The notes: generated from the letters alone by a model not told the origin. 64,000 nt of DNA from Callorhinchus milii (GCF_018977255.1 NW_024704742.1:29080001-29144000); one strand, 5' to 3'. Counted from the stretch's first letter, positions 1 through 13,350 are shown. A program made the numbers and translations.

Positions 1-310
1 CTGGCTTCCCATCACACAGAGGATACAGTTCAAGTTCCTGGTCCTCACCTTCAAAGTTCTCCACGGTCTTGCTCCCCCCTACCTCTCCAACCGCCTAACC
101 CCCTACCACCATGTTCGCTCCCTCTGCTCAGCGGGCTCCGTGCTGCTTCACATCCCCCGCCTTGCTTGCCACACTATCAACAGGCGAGCCTTTCACCATT
201 CTGCACCCACCCTCTGGAACTGCATCCTACATCTCACCCCCTCCCTCGCCACCTTCAAAACCCACCTCAACACCTCCTCTTCGACTGTGCTTTCAATCTC
301 CCCCGATGAT
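1..310 (+). mobile_element. L2-clade LINE, 3' fragment running off the window start
   Basis: Translates to WLPITQRIQFKFLVLTFK and RAFHHSAPTLWN, the ORF2 C-terminus shared with the other L2 copies in this window. Confidence 0.85.
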
Positions 311-2649
311 CTCTTCCGATGACAAACACCACACGATAATTCCACAGTGTTATCCTGTGAGTCACCATCCTTCGTAATGAGTCACACAATCTCATGCACA
401 GTCACAAAGCAGCAAGGGGTGAGATGTGGACAAACAGGCTTAATTGGATTAGTACTATAAAATAGGAAGCAAATGCCACTGTGCAATACAAATAAAGTGT
501 AATAGAACTCCTATATGGGTAATAATCCCGAACATCTGTTCTCTCTGTATGCAATGTACCAACTGAACTGAAGTGTTGTGAGACAGCATTGAATGGCACC
601 CAGTATGTCACCTGATATTCTGATCATTTGGGTAAAGCAGCATAATGAATTGTAACACCCTTCTCCTTCACTATACACTTAAACTTCATAACTAAGCTCA
701 AAGGGTAAAATATTCAGTCGTTAAAAAAAAGTGGCACATGTGTGGCCAGGAGCTGACAGCTGTAGCCTTTATATTAGTTTTATTTGACACTCATAATCTG
801 TAAATCGGTTACCTAAACTCTTTGATTAAATTACAGCCTTACACTTCTCCCACTCAACTATTATTTTATACGTCTTGAGGTTTGATATCAGGAAGGTACT
901 TTTTTTTTAAGTATCAATAAAAATTAGTCTATGCTTACAACATCCCACTTCTGCAGCTGATCTGCTAAAGCCATTGCTTTAATAATAATAATAATAATAA
1001 TAATAGCCATTGCTTTTCCCAGCATTTACCCGCTGGGAAACCAGCTATTAAACTTTGAGCTATTCTAAGTGAGATCAATCTTTGTGTAAATAGGCAATGT
1101 CCATTGGTGGCAAATATAGCATGTGAATCTTGGTAGAAAAGCTGGACTACTCAGACACAGTGACATGCCAGCGCCATGAACAAATTATTACTGAGCGGGA
1201 GGTTGTCAGTCATGACACACTGACTATGCTGCATTGTGGAAAGTTGAATTTCAGGACATTGCTGTCAACGTAAAGGTTGCCAGTTCCAAAGCACATGAGT
1301 ATAGGCTTTGAGTGGAAGTGCTCTCCTTTGTATGTCAAGAACCCTTCTAAATGTCACTGTTCCAACCTGTCATTTGTTTCTCAGTCAATGCCCTCCAATG
1401 GAAAAGAATAATGAAAGAGGAGAAAACACATGCACTATCCGACTGAATTCCATTCAATATCCAACACAGCATCTATCCCCTTTCTATCGTCATATTCCTG
1501 AAAGGAAAAGGTGAAAAATAGTTTTTAAAAAAGCCATTGGAACTTCATTGTTTTATTTCAGTCACCTGGAGTACATGGGCTGCTCGGACTGAAATTGCAC
1601 ATCTAACAGCATCATAGAAGTGCAAGAGGGAGAGAGATTGTGTTTGTGAAACAACGATTTGTGTGCAATAGACAGAACATTGTTTTGGAAAAACAAAATA
1701 TGTGCGTGTGAGCAGGAATGAAGCTACATCACTGTGCACAAAGTGGTTAGAGTAGTGACTGAACAATCAGTCCTGACAGCTGCGGGAGAAATAGCTTTCT
1801 TTATAACTGTTTTAGATGCATTACAATTCTTCGATTTGAGGAATCACTTTGGCAAACTTCACAAATGAGTGTAATTGCAGTATTTCTTATAATTATCGAA
1901 TTTTTCTTGGGCGAACACAAAATGTGACAAAATAGTATTCTGAACTCATTTATGAAATTGTTTTGACTCTGTAAGGTGGTAGGGTTGGCACTCGGGAATA
2001 AATAGGACCATATAGAATGAAAGGCCTTCTTCATCTGAATCTCTTTTATGTTTTTATAACCTAGTGGACAGAAGTGCTTCACTAATACCATGAGCAGCAG
2101 ACGGAGGGAACAGAACAACCCTCTACAAATAAGTGGAAGGCAATTTACAAAACATCAAAAACATTTTGCTGCCATGGATCATAACTGAGTATTTATGTGT
2201 TGTGGAGGAAAGGATCATAGTCATACCCTGAACTGAAAATTTCTGAACACAGCAACAACTTGCATTTATATAGTTCCCTTCGCTCGGGTAGCATCAACAC
2301 AAATCAGAATTGGGGAAAGTGACTTTCTGAGAGATTAAATATTAAAGAAAACTTAGTTTTGTTTGCTAATATCCCCTCTTCTCCCTACAAGCATTCCATG
2401 CAATGGAACAGTAAAAACTCTTCATCGCTTCTTCAAGGAAAGAAAGACTGGGGTGACAATTGAATGCAGTTGAGTGAAACTTATAAGCTTGAGATATAGA
2501 AATTCACCGTCAGATGAGAGGACAAAGAGACCAAGACCTATTCTGTCTCGCCTGAGGTTGAGACATCTTCACTTACAGAAAAGACAAATGACTTCAGACT
2601 TTTCCTCCACATCACTTAAATGACTCTCTTATCATCAGACCGGTTGATA

Positions 2650-3330
2650 AGAGGTTAGGAGGTCGTAGACATGGGGGGGGGCAAGGCCGTGGAGCACCTT
2701 GAAGTTGAGAATAAGTATTTTGAACTCGATCCTCTGAGGGATGGGGAGCCAGTGGAGTCGCGCGAGGGTGGATGTGATGGGGTCACAGAGTCCCGTGTGG
2801 GAGAGGACATGAGCTGCAGAGTTCTGGATGATCTGCAGCTTGTGGAGGGAAGAGTTGGGAAGGCCGACAAGTAGGGAGTTGGCACAGTTGAGCCACTGTC
2901 CAAATTTAATGAAATATGAGTGTTTCAGCAGCCTGAGGGGTGGCAGTGGCGAAGTCGGGCAATATTGCAGAGGTGGGGGAAGGCAGAGCGGATCTTTGCA
3001 CGGATGTGAGGAAGAAAGGACAGTTGAGGGTCAAAGAAGACACCCAGGTTCCAAACTAGCTTGGTGAGATGGAGAATTCATCCATGGATGCTGATGCTGC
3101 CAGTGCCTGAGGTGCGGAGGCGCTGGCGCGAGCCAATCAGAAGAGCCTCAGACTTGTTGACATTCAACTGTAGAAAGTTAGCTCTCATCTAGAACTTGAT
3201 GTCTGACAGAGAGTCTGTCAGGACATCAGTGATCCTGGAATTGAGGGTGGAGGCAAAGAGATACAGTTGGGTGTCATCCGCATACATGTGGAAGTTGACC
3301 TCATGTTTGCAAATTATGTCACCAAGCGGG
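2650..3330 (-). mobile_element. L2 LINE fragment (RT to C-terminus), degraded
   Basis: Minus strand encodes [12 protein letters not shown] at about 3260-3300; homologous to the copies at 40714 and 52652. Confidence 0.85.
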
Positions 3331-3344
3331 TGACATAAGTATAT

Positions 3345-3645
3345 CATCTATACATGGAAATTTCCCTTTGTCTGTAATGGAATATGCATCCTTTCCCGGG
3401 GGTTTCTACCCTGCTTAGCTAAATCTGGATAGTTTTAGGTGCAGGTTGGTAAGATCCAAGCCTTGGGGACCCCAAGGTGTATGCTGGGCTACTGCTGGAA
3501 TCTAACCAGCTAACACCGTGTATCTTGCCATTGAGAGCATAGTCTGGCAAGCTTTCTCGCTGCTTGTTCAACTCAAACCATCCTACCTGTTGGATCTTTG
3601 AAATGCAGGGTTAACAGGAGCTGAGTGGGAAAAATCCCTGCTCTC
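3345..3645 (-). mobile_element. Unclassified structured retroposon, partial copy
   Basis: Reverse complement aligns by eye to about 27680-27970. Confidence 0.7.
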
Positions 3646-4375
3646 CTCATCCTTAGTGCATTCTTAAGTCAAACCTCTTTAAAGCCCTCAATGGAAAGGT
3701 TGCCAGTTAATGCCTAGCTTGGTAAGTATTTTTGATCCTTGAGTGTCTTTTCTTTTACTGTGTGAAAAATGTCACATTTTAATGGAACTCTTAAATGAAA
3801 ACAAGCGCTGTTCATCAAATCTACATCCAGGTTACGTACTTCAATGATGGGGACAGGCTAACACTTCAAAGCAAAGTAAAAGTCAATGCTGAAAGGTCAC
3901 TCTGGGTTTGGCTGCTTCACTTTCCAGCAAAATCGAGGATGTCTGTTTCCTGCATCATGTAGCCACACAGAAAAGTAGCTTACTTTGTGTATGCTAATAT
4001 TGTACCTTAACAATGTTTGAATAGACAGGAGTTACAATTTGTGTCATGTTTGTAACTGTTCAAATGGTATAAATATCAAGTTAATATTAGCATTGCCGCC
4101 AGCTAAAAGAAATCAAAGTCTTTCATAAAATAATCATGTCTTGTTATACCCAAGGCCCTTTACATTCATTTGTTTGACATTTCTTAAAAGAGGGGCAGCA
4201 TCGATATGTGAGAGAAAGAAATTTGCTCAGATTAAATAATGGCCACCAAGGTTGTCCACAAATCCTATAAATCAAACATGTCAATTGGTGTAGGACACCT
4301 TTTTGACCTTCTGTACCTTCTTTCAAAAGTCCAATCACCATCTCTCCAGAGAATGGCTTTGGACACCTGTAGTAA

Positions 4376-5175
4376 CCCTACAGCTAAATTTAATTGTAAC
4401 AGGTGGAAAGTATGAACAATGTAGCTGGAAACAAAAAAAATTGGCATCAGTGCATGAATTGCCTGGTTGTTCAACAAAATCCATACAAACACTTACATAA
4501 TTTTGCAGAATTGGTTACAAGTTGACTAGCTATTTCGATAAGGGAAAAGAGTTATTCATATTGAATAAGCTCTACAACAACAACATATCACATTTGCATA
4601 GCACTTTTCACATTGGGAGGATGTACCAAGGCATTGGAGTGTCAGGGATTTGGACCCTAGCAGGGGGTTGGGATCAGGAGGCATGGAGGGCAGGGAGAGT
4701 GGTGTAGGAGGGTAGTTGAAGACATGGTTGAAGAGGAGGGTCTTGAGATGTGCTTTGAAGGAGGCAAGCGGGTGAGCAAGGCGAAAAGACTGTGGGATGG
4801 AATTCCAAACGGTGGGGGCAGAGAGGATGAAGGCCCAACTGCCCGATGGGGGAGCGGGCCATGCAGAGGACTGGAGCAGTTTGGAGCCTGCTGAGCGAAG
4901 GGAGTGGGCAGGTTGATATGCCATTAACAGGTCACAGAGGTGGGAAGGAGCAAGGCCATGAAGGGCTTTGAAGGTGAAGACGAGGAACTTGAAGGATGAG
5001 GGTAATAGGGTCACCGAGCCTGGCGCGGGAGAGGACAAGAGCTGCAGCAATTGTGCAAAATTACTGAAGTGTTCATATGGATTTTATTGAACACCATGTA
5101 CTGATGCCACTGGTTCTTTGTTTCCAGTTTCAATTTTCATATTTTCCATCTGTACAGTTAAATTTAGCTGTGGGG
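4376..5175. mobile_element. Palindromic MITE-like element, possibly piggyBac-type, with an L2 in its centre
   Basis: Arms at about 4376-4515 and 5048-5175 are imperfect reverse complements; ends read GTAA|CCC...GGG|TTAA. Confidence 0.65.
4574..5047 (-). mobile_element. L2 LINE 3' end, 5'-truncated
   Basis: ORF 4556-5050 contains FKFLVFTFKALHGLAP and SAPTVWNSIP; (GTT)n tail near 4574. Confidence 0.9.
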
Positions 5176-5931
5176 TTAATACACTCTAACAAAATACCTA
5201 AAAATTGCTAAAAAGCTCCTACCTGCTTGTTGAAAAAAAAAGCATTTAGCATGTGAACTCAAATTAGCCTTTCTTTCATTAGCAAAACAGTCATTTCTTA
5301 AACACGAATGCAGCTTGATCCCTCCTACAGTGGATGGATGCTCTTCCATTACTCTTGCAGTGGTTAATTATGAGAGAATGCGTGATTGCTCAAAGTCTTT
5401 AATCACATTTAGACAGCTTGCCTTGTTCTATATTAAGATGGAGAGAGTGCCGTTTGTATTAAAGTTATGCTCTCTTGTTGGTTCGCAATTCTAGCCATGG
5501 TAATCCCTTGCTGATTGATTGCTTATTTATGTATTGAATATGTAAAGATATCCGAGCAGTTTGCTTCTCCACTTCAGCAGCACGTGCCTGTTATTTTGAT
5601 GTATATGTACCTGTGTGTCCTTGTCTGCATGTATGCCAGAATTCATATATATGTATTGATTTGTTTGGATAATTGATGTGTGCATTTGCAACAACCTAGA
5701 TAGATCAGAAACAAAACACTGCAAAATGCGTCAAGGAACTATTGTTTGAAAAGAAACGAAGAGTACTTCAAAATGTCTGAACAAGAATGTTATTGAAGCC
5801 ATTTGCAGCACCGAGCTATTATGCAGATATATCAGAGAAAATAGGAAATTTAAATGTAACTCCAGAACAACAAAGTTCAGTATGTAAAACCATTTATCTT
5901 AAAATGTAAGATTGTGTTAAATTATGAAAAT

Positions 5932-6010
5932 TCTTAAATTCAGTCTTAATTTGGAAACTTGTTTTTTGGAACTGCAGAAAACAGTTTCCAAATTAAAACA
6001 GAATTTAAGA
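5932..6010. repeat. Imperfect hairpin, core of a palindromic MITE family
   Basis: TCTTAAATTC..TTAATTTGGAAAC pairs with GTTTCCAAATTAA..GAATTTAAGA; similar to the centre of 59424-59661 and to about 15505-15590. Confidence 0.6.
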
Positions 6011-6414
6011 CCAAATAATCTTACGGGGTAACACTAGTGGGAAGAAATTCCACCAAATGTTACTCTATTAGCTTAGCATTTTAGAGACGTCGGGATTTGT
6101 AAGTTGTTGAATTCAGTCATAACATTGACGTCTGCTTTCTGTAGTTCTTTGCAAAACAAGTTAGACTGTATTTAAGAATTTATCAAATTCTGAAGGCTCT
6201 GAAATGCCACATAAATCTAGATCCAATTAGAATTTGTCCATTTGGGTAGTGGTTCAAAGCTCTAAAGTCTAAAGATATAGGGATAATATTTGCAATGTGT
6301 GTTAACCTGTTCCTTGTGCTACTTAACACAAGCGTTAATAATCACCACACATATTATGCCATAAAGACTATTCTAGGTGATGGAAGTCATTTTATAACTA
6401 CATAATTTCAAAGT

Positions 6415-6590
6415 TTCTCCCAGTGTCCCAGCCAACCATGCCCCAGGTTAATTGTTCATTCACCTAATGGCTATTTGTGGGACCCTGCTGGTGCAAATTG
6501 GCTGCCACTTTTGCCTACAAACATAGTCACTACACTTGGCAATAACCTTGTGAAGTGCTTTGAGAAGTCTTAATTTGATAAAGCATTATA
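6415..6590 (+). mobile_element. Deu-domain SINE (SacSINE1-like), 3' part
   Basis: GGCTATTTGTGGGAC..CAAATTGGCTGCC motif followed by an L2-like tail. Confidence 0.7.
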
Positions 6591-6599
6591 AAATCATCT

Positions 6600-6840
6600 G
6601 CACTCCTTATCTCAATCCCTCCATCTTCCCCCTTCAAATCACACCTGAAGACTTTCATCTTCAACCGTGCCTTCAGTCACCTCCCCTCCCTTTCCAGTTT
6701 GGCGTCAAGCCACACAAATGTACAGCACCTTTTGCATCAGGAGGACATCCCAAGGCATTTGAAGTGCTGGCTTGGCACCCGAACTGGCAGTGGTAGCCGA
6801 GGGGGTTGAGGGGAAAAGATCATCAAAAGTGCAGTCAAAA
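6600..6840. mobile_element. Two degraded L2 3' remnants in opposite orientation
   Basis: + copy at about 6600-6715 and - copy at about 6715-6840 both match the L2 3' region. Confidence 0.55.
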
Positions 6841-7209
6841 TACACACAACTACTAGCTCATTTTTTTTTTGCTCAGATTCTTTCTCTCTGTCTCTCTGAA
6901 CAGGTAGAGAAAGCACACGTATGACTATCAGATCCAATGACTTTGAACTCTAGTACGTAGGTAGACTGCAGCTTGACTTTCTGCTGATTTTGGTTGTCTG
7001 AGGTTTGTTTCTCTCTATGCAGAGTGAAGCCTGCCCTACCTATATGTTTTGTCGAGTGTGACTCTGGCTTGGCATGTGACCTGCTGTGCTGACTCCTGGC
7101 CTGTTGCTATGTTTTAATGATCTGCTTGTATTTCACTAAACCGATTGCGCACAGCAGTGTTCCACAAACAGTCGTGGATTGAATGACCCAATTATTATTA
7201 TTATTTTTA

Positions 7210-7360
7210 AGGTTACCAGGAAGGGTGGTTGAAGCCAGGACTCTGGACTCATTTGAAAAGAAGCTTGACACGGTCGAGAATGATAAGGTGGGTATTCTAG
7301 AGGGATGAGAGCAGATAGGCTAAAGGGCTTTCTTCATCCAAAACCTTGTGATCTTGTGAC
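7210..7360 (+). mobile_element. CR1 LINE 3' remnant
   Basis: GGAAGGGTGGTTGAAG..AAAAGAAGCTTGA..TTCTTCATCCAAAACC..GTGATCTTGTG; same family as 20085-20420 and 48615-48835. Confidence 0.6.
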
Positions 7361-7994
7361 CTTCGTGTCTGCTGAACTGATATGTGACTGTAGCCCAACA
7401 TCCTGTTTCTATCTTAATCGATATAGTGAGCAATGATTCAATTAAAACCCCTCAGTCTGATTCAGCTTCCTCCTTTGGCAAATTCTATCCCATCCATGGA
7501 GTACATGTGCTTCCCATTTTGATCTCCTATATACATTATTTGTCTATTGTGGGCATGTTTATCATTTGCAATCCTGCCAGTGGTCTGGGACAACTTCTCA
7601 CTTACATGCCTTGTTCACCAATTCATCACATCTTGGCAAAAGCCTAACAAATGGATTTTTGAAGTAGTTTTGTTGGAGTTCAAAACACATCCTGAAAAAA
7701 ATCCACTTTTAATTCAAACAACACAAATATAATCAGAAGTTCACAAATATTTTTTAAAAAAAGCCCCATTAAGAGCCAAACATTCAAGTGGAGTACAATT
7801 GACAAAGCAGAAATAAGCTGACTGAGTCAGGCATTCATCATTCCAGGATCAGATGCCTGATCAGGTCTGAACAATTACAATATCACAGCAAAAAACCATG
7901 AAGGATGGAGGCATGGCAAGCCTGCCAAAAGTCACCCTGACCCAGTGATTTTCCAATTTGCCTTTTTGCCTTTTAATCTGTTAGTGAATTAAGT

Positions 7995-8360
7995 ATAATA
8001 ATAATAATATAATAATAATCCTTGCATTTGATATAGCGCCTTATCATGTTGTTGAGATGTCTCTAAGTGCTTCACAGTATATTCTGTAAAGTGAATTGAC
8101 TTTGTATTTTGTGGATGAAACATAGTAGCCAATTCGCATAGCAGTGTCCCACAAATAGTCGTGGATTGAGTGACCAAATTTATTTATTTCTGAGAGATTG
8201 TTACCCCAGGAAAGCGATCTGCCACTCGACTAACAACCAGATTCCTACTTACTGCTAGGTAAGCAGATTCGTGTGGAGTAAGGAAACTTGTCTAAGGTTT
8301 TGCCGGGAATCGATCCCGGGACTTCTCGCTTGCTTGCTAACCACTGTGTTATGGGACTCC
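7995..8360 (-). mobile_element. tRNA-Ala/CORE-like SINE with (ATT)n tail, near full length
   Basis: tRNA-like head near 8300-8360, CORE-like block, Deu-like 3' body, tail GGCGCTATATCAAATGCAAGGATTATT. Confidence 0.85.
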
Positions 8361-9039
8361 GATCTGCATGATTTAAGAATAACCTCCCCAAGTATGTACA
8401 TTTCAAAGTGTTTAATAGATATGATAGGAAGCACCGAGCAGGGAGAATTAACGATGTTGAGCAAAAACACATCAAAGAGATATGCTTTTTAAGAAGTGTT
8501 CTGATGGCAGGAAGCATGGCAAGAGTGTTCCAGAGATAGTTGCTACCAACTGAGCCAGGCTGACACACAAGACAGGTTGAGTTGTTGTTCTGGTCTTTGT
8601 ACAATTTCTCAAACTAATTAATAAATATCTACAAACTTCATCACAGTTCTTTTTTGCCTTCAGGGGATAAACATTCTCTTCTGGTCATTAGAGTGAAAAG
8701 AACGGTACTGACTAAAATAAAATTCATCAAGTTTCTCGGAAATAATTTGCCCCCGCCCCTTCTTAAACTAAGATACTCCATCTGTATAAACCACTTGAAT
8801 TAGATTGACGAAAAGGTTTGTGAGCAGTATTTGATTGTCTGAGCTCTGAATGTGCATTGCCTTAAAATGGACCTCATCTACCTGGTGCTGATAATTAAAG
8901 AACCTAGAAATGCTGCATTGACCTGTTTTGGGAAAAGATATTTCAAGAAAATCAAGTGGTTGTGTTCATTTGCAGTAATTATCAACTCGGGGCACCAAGA
9001 GGAGTAGAATTTCCCATCTTGCAATAATTGTCACATCCC

Positions 9040-9400
9040 TTCGGATGAGATATTAAGCGGAGGTCCCGTCTGTCTGTTCAGGTGGACATTAAAGATTCTA
9101 TGCTACTCCTTGAAAAAAAAAGAAGGGAGTTTCTCCCAGGGTGCTGGCCAACAATCCCTCACTCACTTCAACAACAACTTGCATTTATATGGTGCCTTCA
9201 CACTGGGTAGCATCCTGGAGCGCTTCACAGTGGCGGAGTCTGACAACAAGCCAGGGAGGGAGGGGGGGAGTTGACCGTAAGCATTTCATGGCTGTTTGTG
9301 GGACATTGCTGTGTGTATATTGGCTCCCGCGTTCGCCTACAGAACACACAGTTAGTCCACTTTACAATGAAGCTCGTTGAGATGTTCTCCTGGTATGAAG
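9040..9400 (+). mobile_element. Deu-domain SINE, interrupted by a short inverted L2 tail (about 9168-9270)
   Basis: TTCGGATGAGA..GTTCAGGTGGAC..AAAGAT..GGCCAACAATCCC..GGCTGTTTGTGGGAC. Confidence 0.75.
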
Positions 9401-10179
9401 GATTTTCTTTATTTTATCACATATTGCATTTTTCACCCACAGATGTCAGCCTGATGGGAAATGTAGCAGATCGGATAAGAAAGGAATTTACAATATTGTA
9501 TATACTACACTCGAGAAGAAATTATGGCTCTCAGAAGAGATGCATATGTTGGCAAATCAAGCAGCAGCTTTAATGCTTTAAAATGAGGCAACCAGAGCGG
9601 ATGTGGCCCCCTTTAATATCTTTAGAAGAAACTTGATCCAATATTAGTGAATGGAAAAGAGGGAAACTGAAGTCACCTCATCTCACCATTCACTTATAAT
9701 AACATAACTGATTAAAACATTGTGTGCAATAATATAAATGCACTTCCTGCTGTTCCTGTAACATCAACATGATTGAATTAAAACTGTGTCTCTGTGGAAG
9801 CCTGTCTGCTTTATGTTTTATTTGCAACACCCCCATGGATACATAAATTCACCTTTGTGATCCTGGTGGCCACAATCAGATTCCACGTGTTCTATTGCCT
9901 CAGATTAAATTACTCTGGCACCAGCTCATTTTTCTCAGTCACTGTTGGAAGCATAGGCAGCGGGTGAAAATATTCTTGGGGGGTGCTGAACTGAGCTGCG
10001 TTCTCCTCGTACATCCTGACCACGCTTTACTGAAGCCTGCAGAATGCTCGTGTGTCTCTGTCTGCTTGTGTGCCCAGCACTGGATCCAACTCCTGCTCAC
10101 TCAACTGATTGACTGCTACACTCACTTTACTTCAAATCCCGTTACACAACAGCTGCAACATCCTATTAGCCAAAGGGAT

Positions 10180-10410
10180 ATACTGTAACATTGTTTGACT
10201 CTATTTTGTGGGTGAGATGTGACAGCCAGTTTGTACACAGCAATATCCCAGTAACAGCCATGGAGTGAGTAACCAATTTTATTTGGGGGATTATTGGCCA
10301 GAACACCTGAAGAAACTCCCTTCTCTTTTTAAATAGTGCCATGGGATCTTTAACTTCCACCTGAACAGGCAAATGAGACCTTGTTTTAACACCTCATCCG
10401 AAGGACAGTA
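10180..10410 (-). mobile_element. Deu-domain SINE fragment
   Basis: Matches 51190-51630. Confidence 0.75.
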
Positions 10411-10580
10411 CTGTGGTACTAAGAAGAATTATGGGAGAAGTTCCTTAGAATTGTCAGAAATTTCCGTATTGTTGAATTTAATTTTTAAAACCTTTTTTTG
10501 CAGTGCTTAAGATAACTTGAAAACTGTAATTAAAAAACAGCCAATTCTGAATGCTCTAAAATGCTAATAAAAGAGTAAAA

Positions 10581-10945
10581 TGGAGTCCTATAGCATAGTG
10601 GTTAGAGAACTCCTCGCAATTTCGATTCCCGAGCAGGGCAAGTTCTTAGGCAAGTTTCTTTACATGCCACTATTTACCTAGCAGTAAGTAGGAACCCAGT
10701 CGATAGTTGATTGGCAAATCGCTTTTCTTGTGGTAATAATCCCTTCAAAAAAACTAAAACTAAAGAAAAGTAATAATAATTTGGTCATTCAATCCACGAC
10801 TGTTTGTGGGACACTGCTGTGCGCAATTGGCTGCCACGTTTCACTCAAAAAATATAGTCTTCACTTTACAGTATATTCTGTAGGTGTCTCAACGATGTGT
10901 CTCAATGATGTGATAGGGCACTATATCAAATGCAAAGATTATTAT
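10581..10945 (+). mobile_element. tRNA-Ala/CORE-like SINE, near full length
   Basis: Head GGAGTCCTATAGCATAGTGGTTAGAG..TTCGATTCCC; tail CTATATCAAATGCAAAGATTATT. Confidence 0.85.
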
Positions 10946-12339
10946 AAAACCAGACCCAAGTGGAATTTCAATCCACATACAAGTGCAAGTTGTTGCTGTT
11001 GAACAACGAATGATTGTGTTGTCAAAAAATGACCAAGTCACACAAAAGAGGTAGACACTGTAGATAATGAAACAGGCATGCTTGATGATTATTTTGTACA
11101 ACAAAAAATTGAAATGTTTTTGAATGTTCCAACTGATCGTGTACTTGGCCCCAGTACGGTGAAAAGGCAGCAGACTGATAAAGAACATAATGGTAAGAAT
11201 CACCTTTCATTGTTGAGTGTACTAGTGACCATCAAGCATGACACAGCACACCAGCCACGCAATGACAAGTGGAGACCACTCTGATCTCCACGTGACTCAC
11301 TGATGGAAATCCACTGAGGACAAAGGGTGAGTGAAGAAGATCCTCTCTTCTGTTTCCCATCACTCCCGAAAATAATACAGCTAAGGTTTCACTGTAGCAA
11401 CTTTTTACAGATGTGAAAAGCTACCTATGTGCTTTCACTCCATCATCTAATGCTAATCGGTTCAGGGTTAATTGCCATAATCTGGCACCACAGCATTTGC
11501 TAACTGACTTTATGGGAAAACAATGAATTTGCTAATAGCAGAAGGGGCATAGCATCTCATCTTGAGCAATTAAATATTAATGTACGTCTTTCTTTACAAT
11601 TAGCCCAATGATTTTATTAAAGTAGTTTATAAGAGAGAAAGAAAGCAATAATGAATGATACGCTTTGTGGCTGTCATGGGTTTTAATGCAGCAGTGATTT
11701 TTTTTAACCACGAGATGCCAAGTTCTAAAATGGATACTGAGGAATAAATCTGATGATAGACGTGCACTTTGAGTGCATTAGTGCCCTTAGACTGTATGTG
11801 TGCGCGTAATATTTATTATCTCATTAATAGTGCTGCATTTCTATCCAATTGCTTTCAGTGATTCTGTGGCATTCACAGCAGCAACTCTAAAGTGGACAGT
11901 GAGCCTTTTGGAGGCTGATGTATTTGGGGAAAGAGAAATCAGTTTCACCTTTACAATTAGCCCTATATTTAAGGAGCGAAGTTGAGATCAGCAGGCACTG
12001 TTACTTCTACTTACCTCCATACACCAGCACTGATGCAGTGGTAAATACATACCTTGTACTTTCCCCATGACTAAAACCCGATTTTATGATAAGCACTTAT
12101 CAGTCCTCTACTTTCCCCATCACTAAATGGCAAATAACATTTCTTGTTCTTCTTACAGTCTCACTGAAGGACAACATTAATGTTAAGTACACACTTTTCC
12201 CTGTTCGTACCCCATACTAAGGTTCCTATTTAAAGCACAGTTTGCATTATTTAAAAGTGTTCACAGTTGATGCACTCTATCTAAAAATCTCAGTTTTTCC
12301 CTTTTAGACAGAAAATGTCAAACATTCACCTTGAAAGTA

Positions 12340-12595
12340 AGCCAGGTGTCTGACATATGGAGAAACCCTTCAGTTTGGGTATCCAAACCAGACTGAGAAT
12401 TCTACATATGTAGCCCAGAGGACACCCTCTGCTTACCTAATTCCATAAAGTATTAGGCACAGATTAATGAAAGTCAATGCTCGGGCTCCTGCATTGGGGT
12501 ACTGCTTGAGTTTATCCAACTAAATCCATATAGCTTGCCATTGAGAACACTATCTGGCGAGCTTCCTGTTGTGTATCCAACTAGGATATTCATTC
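12340..12595 (-). mobile_element. Unclassified structured retroposon, degraded 3' half
   Basis: Contains CTGCTTACCTAATTCC and GCCAGGTGTCTGACA, reverse complements of family motifs. Confidence 0.65.
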
Positions 12596-12669
12596 CCAGG
12601 CATGGCAGCTTGGAGCCAGCTCCATCCCAAGGGGATCCTGCTTACCAACACCCCAAGGAGGATAGTCAC

Positions 12670-13350
12670 TAGTTGGCAAATGAAGTTTAATGTGGGTGGC
12701 AAATGAAGTTTAATGTAGGAAAATGCGAAGTAATTCACTTCGGCAGAAAAAATAAAGAAGCAGTGTATAGTCCAGATGTAGGGAACTAAGAGGAGTAGAG
12801 AAGCAAAGATATCTAGGCATTCAAATCCACAAATCTCTAAAATTAGCTACACAGATAGACTAGGCTATATTTTTTTTAAAAAAGCCCAGTGGGATCTTGA
12901 GCTTTATATCCAGAGGGATAGAGTATAAAACCGAGGAGGTAATGTTGAATTTATAGATTTTAAGACATTTGGGACATTTTGAATATTGTGCTCAATTTGG
13001 TTCCCTATAACAGAGATGAAAGGAGTGCAATGTAGATTTATGAGGATGGTACCAGGCTGGCAAGTTACTGATATCAGGATAGACTGGATAGGTTAGGCCT
13101 TTTTCACAAGAGAAGAGAGTTTAAGGGGGACCTAATAGAAGTGTTTAAAATTATAAAAGGATTTGGTAAGGTTAACAAAAATCATCTGTTTCCACTGGTT
13201 GGTTGTCTATAACCATGAGGTACAAATACAACAGCAATTAGGGGATCTAAAAGAGAATTTAGAAGGAACTACTTCAAACATGAGATTGTGGAACTTGCTG
13301 CTTGAAGCATTGGTTGAATCAGATATTATACATACATTTAAGAGGAAGCT
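12670..13350 (+). mobile_element. CR1 LINE ORF2 C-terminal remnant
   Basis: WQMKFNVGKCEVIHFG-like, EYCAQF-like and RGDLIEVFKI motifs with many stops. Confidence 0.8.
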
